From: an uncultured virus (IMG/VR IMGVR_UViG_3300008954_000034)
Taxonomy: Duplodnaviria > Heunggongvirae > Uroviricota > Caudoviricetes
Length of the DNA: 64,000 nucleotides
Virus record (IMG/VR): IMGVR_UViG_3300008954_000034
Span: 1 to 64,000 of that record
Direction: 5' to 3' (one strand)
Below the pieces are notes generated by a model, which worked only from the letters and a program-made list of their open reading frames with translations, was not told where the DNA came from and searched no databases. The translations under genes were made by a program, and so were the position numbers. This document shows, piece by piece, positions 20,677 through 31,200 of this stretch (its first letter is position 1; each line of letters starts with the position of its first letter).

Positions 20677-22401
20677 TTACGCCGCTGCGCTGAGCGGTGC
20701 CACCGAGAATCCGTAGTTGAACTCGATGATGTTCATCGGGTAGATCGGGGCGTAGTTGAATCTCACCCAGATCTTAGTTGGGTTACTGGCGTCCTGAGTG
20801 ACTTCAATATCACCGTAGCTCTCGATGATACCCTCTTTGACAAGGGTTGCGAGAACCTGCTGCGTCCGGTTGGCAATGGCCTGAAGTCGGTTCAGGGTGA
20901 TCTTGCGGTCCCTGCCCCGGAAGGTGCTCATGGCGGTTCGGAGCTGGTAACGCATCTCGTCTTCGGCGTCGACTACGCTGATCTCCTGATCTTCCACCGA
21001 AGTAGTGTTGCAGGTGATGCCGTGGTAAATGACGTGCGTTCCGCTTTCTTCCTTGACGTAGGTTCCGCCTGCGGCCTCAATGATATCCTGATACTCGACG
21101 TCAACCCAAAGCTCGACCGTGGCCGCCCATGTGAACCCGTTAATCACGGCGTTCGTAAGTGGTGTCGCTGGGTCTGGCCGTGAGCAAAGAGCTCCCGCTA
21201 CTGCCGCCGCATAGAAGTGGGCGTCAACCGCCACTGGGCCTTCGACAAAGTTACCGTCCGTCCCCTGCTTCAGGTTAGCGTAGTACACCGACTTGTTTGG
21301 AACCAAGCCGATCATCCGCTTCGAACCCTGCATGGAGTTGAGCCAGTACAGAATGGAACCTGCGGTGGAAACGTCCCCAAGAACCGCACCCGAGGTTACA
21401 GCAACCACCCCGTTTCGTTCCATGCCGTAGTTGTCGCCAGAGTACTTCTCGCAATGCGCTCGCAGATACTGCTCAATGGCGGTTCCGCCCTTCAATACTG
21501 AGATGAAGGAGACTCGAACCGTCGCAAGAGTGTCCAGTGCCGTCTGGTAATGTGCTGAGGTCGTACCAGACGGTGCGACAACGTAGGCTTCAGTCGCTCC
21601 GTTGTCCTTGAATGCGTATCTGGCTGCGTTCGTGATATCCGATCCCACACCGTGGTCATCAAGAATGTCACCGAAGTTGGTGTACAATGACTTCGTGTAG
21701 GTAAACACGGCGTAGTAGTAGGTAATGTAGTAAGCGCTTGCTGCTCCGGGCCGACGCTTTGCGGTGTTGGACGACGGTGGCGATGTTGCCGTCGTGGTCC
21801 CACCAGTCGCGCTGTACGAAGTGGTGTCGCCGTCAGCGATGGTAACAAGAAGCTCGTAGGTGCTACCCGTTGCAAGGTAGATCTTGTATCCACCCGCAAA
21901 TGGAACCTTGGCCCACGTCAGGGCAACAACGTCGCCCGATGCTGAAACAGCGGCTGTAACCGCGTCGCTCGGGGTGGTCTCACCCGTACCTTCCTGATCG
22001 GTTGCGGTGATCTTGAACCCGAATGTACCGGTCACGGCCCAAGTCCCCGCTCCGGCGCTTACAGTCGGGGTGTCAACGGTCGGAGGCAGTATATTTCCTG
22101 CGGATGTCCAATCAACATCGCCGCTGGAATTGAGGGTAAAGTCAATGCCCTCGGTGTAAACCTCCTGTGTGTTCCCGGTGGAATTGGCAACCCGAACAAC
22201 AGATCGAACGTCGTTGTTCGCCAGTGCATCAATGTACTGGCTTCCGGTTGTTCCGGAGGTGCCACCGGCAGTAACGGACTCATTTGAGACCAGAGTGTTC
22301 TTGCCCCGCGAAGCACCGACAAGACCCATCCGGCGTGCAGCAATGTTAACGGGGACGGAGCCCCCGGCTCCCGTTCTGCGTGCGATCACTTTGACTGGCA
22401 T
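20677..22401 (-). CDS. Tail sheath protein
   Basis: AAAVAG, PLTN, IYHGIT, EISVV and C-terminal PTKIWVRFNYAPIYPMNII sheath motifs; Ig-like insertion. Confidence 0.9.
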   Translation of the reverse strand: MPVKVIARRTGAGGSVPVNIAARRMGLVGASRGKNTLVSNESVTAGGTSGTTGSQYIDALANNDVRSVVRVANSTGNTQEVYTEGIDFTLNSSGDVDWTSAGNILPPTVDTPTVSAGAGTWAVTGTFGFKITATDQEGTGETTPSDAVTAAVSASGDVVALTWAKVPFAGGYKIYLATGSTYELLVTIADGDTTSYSATGGTTTATSPPSSNTAKRRPGAASAYYITYYYAVFTYTKSLYTNFGDILDDHGVGSDITNAARYAFKDNGATEAYVVAPSGTTSAHYQTALDTLATVRVSFISVLKGGTAIEQYLRAHCEKYSGDNYGMERNGVVAVTSGAVLGDVSTAGSILYWLNSMQGSKRMIGLVPNKSVYYANLKQGTDGNFVEGPVAVDAHFYAAAVAGALCSRPDPATPLTNAVINGFTWAATVELWVDVEYQDIIEAAGGTYVKEESGTHVIYHGITCNTTSVEDQEISVVDAEDEMRYQLRTAMSTFRGRDRKITLNRLQAIANRTQQVLATLVKEGIIESYGDIEVTQDASNPTKIWVRFNYAPIYPMNIIEFNYGFSVAPLSAAA

Positions 22402-22432
22402 TGGACGTCTCCCGACATGTAACTCTTCGATT

Positions 22433-22464
22433 AATGATAGACCTATGGTCTCGCCCGTGGGACT
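22433..22464 (-). promoter_or_regulatory. Candidate late promoter AGTCC-N20-TATCATT upstream of the sheath gene
   Basis: Same bipartite motif and spacing as upstream of the scaffold and protease genes. Confidence 0.5.
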
Positions 22465-22476
22465 TCAGAGAGCTGG

Positions 22477-23160
22477 TCAACCATTAATGCTGAGTGGGTT
22501 TTCCACAGTTATGTCATATCCTATCGAATCAATGGTTGGTCCGATTTGCTTGTACATCCGTGCCCACGGAAGTCGAATGCCGGTAACAGTCGCGGTCAGG
22601 ATGAAAACACTGGCCTTGTCTGCTTTCGGATTCGTCTGAGGTACCGGCTTACCTGAAAAACGAAGACCAGCCTGTGGTATCTTAAAGTTGGCCTTCGAAA
22701 AAACATCTATGTATGGATCAAATAACGCAACCATAACGCGGTCGGCCATTGCCCCGACACCTAACCGTGATGTCGCTCGGCAGTAGATATCAACCTGAAA
22801 TGACGCTTCCCCGGAAATCACCAAGTATGTCTCAACACGGGTGGCGTCGTCCGGGTCCGGCTGGTACTCTACTTCCTGAGCGTTGTTACTGAGTCCAGTG
22901 GCGTCAAGCGTTGTCATCCCAGCTTCAGCAACAATGGAAAAGTCCTGCCTATCTCCCACATGGTAAGCAGGGAGTAGCTTTGGGATGGCGTCGTCATTAA
23001 TTTCATTCTGCGCACGGGACGCTTCATACCACTTTTTGATCTGGTTGATAAATAGATCTTCAAGTTCAACAATCGTATGATAAATAAACTGCGAGTCAGA
23101 CCACGCTTGGATAATTGCAGCCCCCTGATCACCATATATTTTTTCAGGGATAGTGATCAT
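22477..23160 (-). CDS. Tail completion/terminator-like protein
   Basis: Just upstream of the sheath; FQVDIYCRA motif. Confidence 0.5.
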   Translation of the reverse strand: MITIPEKIYGDQGAAIIQAWSDSQFIYHTIVELEDLFINQIKKWYEASRAQNEINDDAIPKLLPAYHVGDRQDFSIVAEAGMTTLDATGLSNNAQEVEYQPDPDDATRVETYLVISGEASFQVDIYCRATSRLGVGAMADRVMVALFDPYIDVFSKANFKIPQAGLRFSGKPVPQTNPKADKASVFILTATVTGIRLPWARMYKQIGPTIDSIGYDITVENPLSING

Positions 23161-23564
23161 GACGGTTCCGTTGTTGTGGTTTGGACGTTTCCGTCACCAT
23201 CGATATACAGGTAATGAGTCCCACCTGTTGAATTGGTCAGCTGGAAATAGTCTGGTTCACTTCGAATCAACGGACCAACCTCAATCCGTGAGTATGTTGT
23301 TGGAATCTGGGGAAGTACGCCTGCACCTGAAATAACAAGAGCGTAGACCCCGGGTTTGATATCAGTCAGGGTCGCATAACCGTAAACATCGGTGGTTCCG
23401 GTAATACCAGTCCCGGAACCAAATGGAGTCGCGGTCGTTCCGCTGGGGGCGTTGTCAATGATCTGTACCCCGTACTCGTAGAGAGTGACGGTCAGATTGT
23501 TGCGGCCACGGTCGGTGTTCGAATCGATCAACCGAACTTCAAGCGTATGTCCTGATACTGCCAT
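23157..23564 (-). CDS. Small virion protein with prealbumin/Ig-like fold
   Basis: GTTDVYGYATLTDIKPGVYALVIS pattern. Confidence 0.45.
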   Translation of the reverse strand: MAVSGHTLEVRLIDSNTDRGRNNLTVTLYEYGVQIIDNAPSGTTATPFGSGTGITGTTDVYGYATLTDIKPGVYALVISGAGVLPQIPTTYSRIEVGPLIRSEPDYFQLTNSTGGTHYLYIDGDGNVQTTTTEPS

Positions 23565-24373
23565 TATGCAGCCCTCCGAATTCCGTAGCTACTGTCAAGA
23601 TCAGATATAATAGATCGAGCTTGGTTATACTTACGTTGCATCGAGATGGATTTATCGGACTCTTGGTATATCATTTTCATAACTTCCAGTCCAATTCTCC
23701 CACGAATATGTAGCTGATAAATTGAAGCGTGTGGGTATACTTGGCCTCTGTAATGTGGGAAGCTGGTCACCACAAAGTCTCTGAATGAGTCAACTATGGC
23801 GTACGTTCCACTGAGATTTATAAACGGAACACCTCGGTCGTCCACCCACATCCCACCGTCTCCGTCTATAACTCCACGCCAGAAGTGACGATTGGACTCG
23901 AGACTGGGGTGAACAGTAGCCGTATGAGTTTTATTTGGTGTGACATCGAATCTTATAAGATCTTTAACTACCCACCTTGATGTAATACACACTTCCGCCA
24001 TATCTCCATAAACATTTGGAGACGTGTCAACTTCCATAAAGTCAATGAATCTTTTTATGCTCTCTACATCCTTGCGGTGAAGAGCTAGTTTTAATGATCC
24101 CTTACTATAAACACATCCATCGGCCAGCATAAATCCTAACCAGTATGATGATTCGTCGGTTATAGTTGAAAAAGCTCGATGATTGCATTCACGTGTATTT
24201 GTAAATCTGGCACTATGAATAATACCACCACTGCGTCTTACGATATTTCGGATGGTTGCACCAGTCACATTGAATACCTTCCCAATCTCTGGCGAACTCA
24301 TCCCGGAAGCATAAAGATCACATGCCTTCTGCTCATTCAAAGATGAAAGCGAATGTTTGTATTTCTTTCTCAT
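23564..24373 (-). mobile_element. Free-standing LAGLIDADG homing endonuclease with N-terminal HTH
   Basis: YWLGFMLADG and FWRGVIDGDG motifs; HTH SSPEIGKVFNVTGATIRNIV; visibly more AT-rich than flanks; overlaps both neighbours. Confidence 0.9.
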
Positions 24374-25239
24374 CGGTTTACACTGAACTCCGTCATCTGG
24401 CTTTCAAGATCATCCAACATGTCCTGATATTCTTGTGTGAAATGTGAACTATCTCCTGAAAATTCAGTCCCGAGTTCGGGCTCAAACGCCGATCCAGCCA
24501 CTTGAAACCCAAGCCCTTCTAAGTTATTTGACGCGTCCTCTAACCCGTAAATGACACCATCACGAAAGAAATGTTTCCCCGAGTAACCGGGATGATACCA
24601 ACTCAACCCAGTCGGATTATACTTAGACGGACGTCCAATTGACGCCTCGGTAATAGTCCTGTAAAAGATCTCGTCGCCGACTACCTCGGAAGTCCTGCCG
24701 CCACTCGTCTTCCGTGTCGACTTGCCCGGGTCCGTCACAAAGGGTGTGGCTGCACTCTGCCCTTTTGCTCCTCCGGCGTACGGTGTTCCGGGGCCTGCAA
24801 ACTTAACCCGGGACACACCATGAATAACACGCCCGGTCCGTGGGTTTACTCGCTGACCTTGAACCTTGATCAGCGGTATAGTCTTTCCAACCAGCCACTT
24901 CATCGGCTGGGTCTTTACCCCGTACTCCTGATAGACCAAGTACGCCGCTTCCTCATCGACATAAATATCTACATGCTTGTCAAGGGCCTGAAACTGCACG
25001 TTCTGTGCGCCGCGTCCCGTCTGGTGGATGAACTCAATGTTCCTACCGTCGCGTCCGGGCTGCGCTCCTGCCATAATTGCCCGAATGTTCTTCTGGCATA
25101 CAAGTCCGATCCGGTACAGCAACTTCCTAATCGCCTCGTCCCACTGGGCTTGATCGGAAAGCCGCAGCCATGTGTCGGGGAGTGAAACAATCTTGATCTG
25201 TACCCCGTACTCTGGAAGTGGTACGGACGGGGTAAACAT
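24370..25239 (-). CDS. Neck / head-tail morphogenesis protein (HK97 gp10-like)
   Basis: TGRG...YLVYQEYG...WYHPGYSGKHFF motifs. Confidence 0.6.
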   Translation of the reverse strand: MFTPSVPLPEYGVQIKIVSLPDTWLRLSDQAQWDEAIRKLLYRIGLVCQKNIRAIMAGAQPGRDGRNIEFIHQTGRGAQNVQFQALDKHVDIYVDEEAAYLVYQEYGVKTQPMKWLVGKTIPLIKVQGQRVNPRTGRVIHGVSRVKFAGPGTPYAGGAKGQSAATPFVTDPGKSTRKTSGGRTSEVVGDEIFYRTITEASIGRPSKYNPTGLSWYHPGYSGKHFFRDGVIYGLEDASNNLEGLGFQVAGSAFEPELGTEFSGDSSHFTQEYQDMLDDLESQMTEFSVNR

Positions 25240-28200
25240 CAGTATTCATCCCCTCGAATCACCTCATTTGCGTAGTTCTTCAAGTCGCTCAGTACATCTG
25301 CACTCAATTCGTCTGAGTACGAGGGGCTTGAAATCTTGGCCCCACCGTCGTCCAAGAGTTCAACCTCGACCGGTGTTTGCTCGTCCCAGTCGGTGAAGGT
25401 ACCGCCGCTGTTGAGTGCGTCGAGGAATGTCTCTAGTGAAGAATAGTCGTTCCTCTCCCACCCGGCTGTCATGGTGTATGACGGAGTCTGGACTTTTATA
25501 ATGCCGCCCCAGTCATATGGCTCAAAGGCTACTTCCGTGTTCGCTGTTGCCTCTAACTGCGCATCCTTACTAATCTTGAACATCATCACTGTTGAAGTTC
25601 CGTCCATTAGCGTCCCGGGAACATAGGGCTGGTCTTCATCTTCAAGGATGAGCCCAAGATCCGCTCCAATGTCTCGTGCAGTCTGCGCGTGGTCGTTGTC
25701 AATGGTAAGATCTACGTAGCCGGGTTTGTCGGACATCTCAACCACCACCTGCTGAACACCAGCTGACTCAAGCTCAGACTCAAAGTCCTCGGCAATGGAA
25801 GCTCGCCGCTTGTGAGCAACGCTCAGGAACCCACTCCCATCGTCGTTGACCAGTCCTTGGCTTACCGCCTCTGAAACTGCTTTGTCAATCTCGGCCTGAT
25901 CGGTAAAGTCCGCGTCGAAGAAGGTGTAAAGGGACGCCGGGGCGACTGTGGCACCACCGCCCTCGTTCTCATTCAAGATTCGGACGGCGTTGGCAATGCC
26001 CTCCGGAGAGATGGTGGGGAAGTCCATGTCGCTTGGATCGCCACCGACACCAAGTTCAGCTACATTACCCGCATCCTTCAGTAGGAAGTATGTCTCTCCG
26101 GGTCCGTCAGTGAATGGGGCTGAGAAAAGGACACCACCTCCGGCCACACCGACTTCAGTATATCCCTCCTGATCTAACCAGCTCTCGGCTTCTTCAGCAG
26201 ACGCAAAGTCTTGATATGGATTAGAGGCTAATTGGTCGCCGTTTTCGTTGGATTCCCAAATATTAACAGACGCCTGAGATTCAGTCGATCCCATCACCGT
26301 GGTACGCTTGTACTCTTCCCAGAATGCTGTTCCGCGTGGAGACCCGGTTTCATTTGCGTCGGCCTTTTTACTGGAGGTGTACTCATCCCAACCTGAGTCA
26401 ATGTCAATCATCGTGTCAGTTCCGATGCTGGCGGTAGGAAAAAGTACCCATTCGGTAGCAGTAAAATACTGAACCTCGGTGTCTAGAGCGTACCCACCCA
26501 TGTCATTAGAATTAAGCCAGTCTTCCATAGTGGCTAAACTCGACTTGGGCATGGAAACGGTGTAAATCAGATTACCGTGGTCGTCGGTTTCTTTCACCCC
26601 ACTCTGAGTATTAACCTCTGGAATTGCAGATTCAATAGCCTGCACTACGTTTGCAAATGCAGTTTCTCGGTCCTGAAGATACTGAGTGTCGGATATCTCA
26701 TCTTCATCGGGATGGTCCTCTTCCCAGTCATGCTCTGCAAAGAGGATAGTGAAGCCTACCGCAACTTCATCCCCGTCCTGAGCACGTCGTACCCGTGTTG
26801 CCCGCATCTGCTTCCGAGTCCGGGAGATGGTAATCATCTCCATACCACCATGATCGTCCTGTATCCACACATTCGGGTAGAACTGGTCGTTCTCCATGTG
26901 GTGCTTGATGGCCTCATCTCGATCTTCGAAGATGCGTCCGTCCGACTTAACGCGGAACCCGGTCTCAACTCGTGTCAGCCGGGGGATGATGTTCTCTTCT
27001 TCCCACCGGGTCCACTCATCCATGCTCATGCTCAAGTCATCGGTGTCAGTTCCGGTCGCTTCCCCGTAAAGTTCGGTCTCGTGCTCTACCGCATCAACTT
27101 TGTCATTGTGACCAGAGTACTGAGTCCCGTCGCTGGTGATCCATGCACCGTCATAGGTCTCCTCAATGACGATGTCGCCTTTCTGGTAAGCATCAGTTCC
27201 GTCAAAGACAATGTCATCCGGCTCGGCTTCGACTACATCCTCGCCGTCGTAGGCCCGCTTGCTCTTGCTACTGAGAAAAGGGTCGGTTACCAGACCTCCG
27301 GCCTGTTCCATTATACTGTCCATAACTCGAACAACATCGTCATCATACTCGTCACGAACCCAGAGGGTTGTTATATCCCCAGATTCCTCAAAGTAAAAGT
27401 TCTCAGACCCAACACCCGCTTCCTGTAAAGCCTGAGAAACAGTGTCTTGTCCAATATCTGTGCTGAAATCATAACCAGTTTCTGCACCCGGGTACATGCC
27501 AGCACGTTTGGTCCGACGATTCCTACGGCTCAGAAAAGGAGGGTCGGTTACCTGACCTCCACCGCTACCTTCCATGAAAATGTCAAGTAGGTCTGTTACC
27601 CTTTCAACATCCTCATCTTGAATCCAAAGCGTCATACTGGCAGCGTCGCCCTCAAGTGAATAGTCACTATCAGGAATACCAGCACCGGTCAGTACCTGTG
27701 CAAGGTCCGCAATGTCCGTGTCGGGGCTGAGACTGAAGCTAGTCTGCCCAGCACGTTTGGTCCGACGATTCCTACGGCTCAGAAAAGGACCGTTATCTTG
27801 TACCTGTACTGATCCGTATAGCTGCTGGAGTTCGTTCTCAGCTTCCTCTTCCGAGTCATATGGACCTACCCAGTCAGTTTGATCCATGTACCCGGGTGCA
27901 GAAAGCTGGGCGCACCACCCCTCTTTAAAGTAAATCTCATCTTCGTAGATGTCGTCACCCTCAACGTAGTCCCGAATACTGTCCAGCCACGTTTGGAACT
28001 CTTCGCTTTCCGGGTCTTTATTGGTGGGAAGACCTGTCAACTCGGACGGTAGAACAAAGCCACCACTATAAGCGTAACCCACCACCCACGTATCATACAT
28101 AGTAACGGGTTCCATAAAGTCTGCGTTCTTGTGCTGTTCTTCCCCGTCTGCCGACGCAATCCAAATACGAGGCCCAACCATGTCAGCCAGTTTCTTGCCG

Positions 28201-31200
28201 TGCTTCTTGCCGTAGTAACTGACCGGCGAGCAGCAGTCATAGTAATCGTAATAGTCTGACGGTCCCCACCATGAAGCGAATGATCCGAAGTTGTCTTGGA
28301 TGTCGGCGTAGCTCCAACCTGCTGTCTTGTCGAGCAGATGGAGAACTGTGCTTGCGGCCACGGTACCCTTGAGCCTGAAGTACATGTAGACCCGGTTTGT
28401 GCTGCTGACCGCTTTGTCGGCCTCGGCCTCGGGCTTCAGCAGGTCGTTAACCGCCTGATCTCCCTCGTCCCAGCCACCTGTAATGCGGCGGATGATGTTG
28501 CTGATCGTGTACCAGTCAAGCTCGCATAGCATCTCTGCGCCAACCGACAGAATGTTGAGTTCAGAACCGGCCAGCGATTCAAGCGCCTGCTGGCGTCCGG
28601 CCTCGCTCAGGTGAGTCCACCATTCCCATGCGTCCCACGAGTAGTAAATGCTCTCGGTCGACTCCTTGGACTCTGCGTCCTCGACCCGAGCAAGCAGCTC
28701 CTCCGGGAATACGGTGTTCAAGTCGGTCGGTGGGTTACCGTTCGCAAGGTATGAGCCCTCGAGCCGGATGTGGTAAGTTACGTCATCGTCACCTGCGGCC
28801 TCCTCGGGTCCGTAACTGGCAACCCGCACAGTGCTCGATGTTCTCGATGCGTAGGGTTCAACATCCTTCATGGCTGTAAGGACGGCCTCAATGTCGTCGA
28901 GGCTGTCAGTGGAAATGGCAGATTCGAGCTTTGATGTCCATTCATCTTCCATGACCGTGGTCAGGAAGTTGGAAAGTGTACGATCCAGCTCGTCCCTTGC
29001 CGTCCCGTCCTCATCGTCTCGCGCCCTTTGAATCAGCGCAAGAATCTCGGTTGGGTTTTCGGTAACGAGGTCGGTGGCCTCATGTGTGCTTGCCATCATT
29101 GTTGGTTCAGTTCCGTAGGCCAGCATATGAAGTTCTTCAAATGTAAGATTGTGCCTTTCGGCAACATCTTTCATTTTTTCATCGTGGTCTACAACATTCC
29201 CAACAGAGTCTTCTACAATCTTAACCCACTCGCGCATTGCCGCACGTTCATCGTCAGTTTCTGGAACTGGAGCCCACTCATACGAGGTCTTCGCAGCCGT
29301 GGTAGCACCCCTTGACGAATAGTGTAGTACTCTTGATGCGTACGGTTCAACGGTCTGCATGTCCGTGAGAACAGCTGCAATCTCGTCAAGATTATCGGTG
29401 GAGATGGCGGCTTCGAGCTTTGCCGTCCAGTCGTCCTCCATAACCGTGGTCAGGAAGTTGGCAAGTACCTGATCCAGATCTCCCTTTAATGACCCATCTT
29501 CATCTTCTCGCGTCTCCTGAATCAGCGCAAGAATCTCGGTTGGGTTTTCGGTGAAGGGGTCGCTGGGTACATGTGTATTTGCCGTGGTCTGAACGTACTT
29601 GAGAATTGCCTCGATCCGGTCAAGGTCACGGTCAAGTAGTGCACTTTCCATCTTATCCCATGACTCTTCGGTCAGGGCAGATCCAAATTCACCATGTCCC
29701 ATCGCATCGCTGACGTTCTGAAGAAGAGCATCGACGTACATACTGTCTGTAAGTGCCTTATCAAGGTCGGCGAGAAGGGAAGTGATTGTGCTGGCCGCAT
29801 CGGCTTTCTTCCGACGTGAAGATCGAAATTCCGTTGTGTCATAACTGTCAAGGAATTCATCCCACCCGAATTTAACTTCCTCGTCGTCTTTGTCCATCTT
29901 AACCGTAAATTCTGACCCGGTGTTCTCGGTAACAACACCTGTGTCTCCAACAGCATAAATTTGCTCTGGGTTGGCAGTCATACTGAATGCAGTGATAGTT
30001 TCAACCTTGGTGCCAACTGGAAAGTACTCATCAGTAATTTCCTTGAGCGGTACACCACCCGGTTTCCGTTCCTCAGCGATCTGCAACCATGTGTCAGCGC
30101 TGGCACCACGCTTCCGTGAGGTTATGAGCTTTACATCCTTCAGGGCGTCAACGTCCATGTACACTTCATATACTTCTTCAGCCTCAATATCGTCCGCAGC
30201 CTGTCGAGCGTCTTCAATGGCTGTCTCAACACTGGCGTACTCTTTCATGACCATCTGGTCACCAGCTCCGTTCGCCAGAATGAGCTTGGACTTGGTTCCG
30301 TACAAGGTGATGAGATCATCGCCCCAAGACGCCAGAACCTTGGCGTTCTTGATTTCACCTGCCCGTGACCCACTTGCCACTAGGTCAGCGGCAAGAACCG
30401 CAAGTTCAATGTCACCATCGAGAACCTGAACCGTTGGATAAGCATAGCTCACAACCGTCAACTTGGTCTTTGCTGCGATGATACCAAGGTTATCTTGTGA
30501 GCTGCGGGAAGTAGAATACCATTGCGGTCGTCCTGAAACTAACAGAAAGTGGACAGGACCACGGGCGTCCCGACCAGCACCGTTGTCTTCCACCATATAT
30601 CCAGCGTCCTCAAGGATATTCGTGGCCTCCGTAGACTTATTGGGGTCAATAGATACATCCACAAAGCCAAGCCCACTACCTTGATCTGAAACATCAAAGT
30701 CATCTGTAATTGACTCTAGCAGTTGCGTGACTTCAGATACATCAGCACTCGTAGCCACCAACGACGCAATAACGTCCCGGGAGAGAACGTAGGTATCGCC
30801 GGGGAAGATGCGTGACCCCATACCGGTGACTGGGGCTCCGTTGTCAACGCAGATGTGGTCTGTCTCGCCGTTCAAGTAATCGGGACAGGCCAACACACGC
30901 TGCTTCCCGAGCTTGGACTCACGGGCTGTCTTACCACATGTGTCACACACCGGGTAAATGGGTGGGAACACCTGCATCATGCCGCCGTTCCGGGAAAGAG
31001 TCACGGTCCGACCTGTCGACCGGGCAATACGAAGGGCGCTGACATAAGCCTGCGCGTCACTGCCATAGAAGGTAGCGATAATCTCACGTCCGTCCGCAGT
31101 GTCGAACATATCAGTTGCACCGATGTGGCGCTGGACAGAAGCTGCAACCTTCGCAGCTAAGTGTGATTCAACGCCAACGACGGCAACTCGGATGGATCTG

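Noticed and set aside
10735..22401. Extracellular contractile injection system / tailocin
   Set aside because: Capsid, protease, scaffold, neck and replication genes are co-linear with the tail genes, so this is a phage.
23564..24373. Group I intron housing the LAGLIDADG ORF
   Set aside because: The ORF overlaps intact genes on both sides, leaving no room for intron structure.
27499..27789. 42-bp direct repeats as a CRISPR array
   Set aside because: Only two copies, 207 bp apart, in frame within a CDS; no cas genes in the window.
28843..29552. Duplicated segment as a DGR template/variable repeat pair
   Set aside because: Both copies are coding and mid-gene, differences are not confined to adenines, and no reverse transcriptase is in the window.
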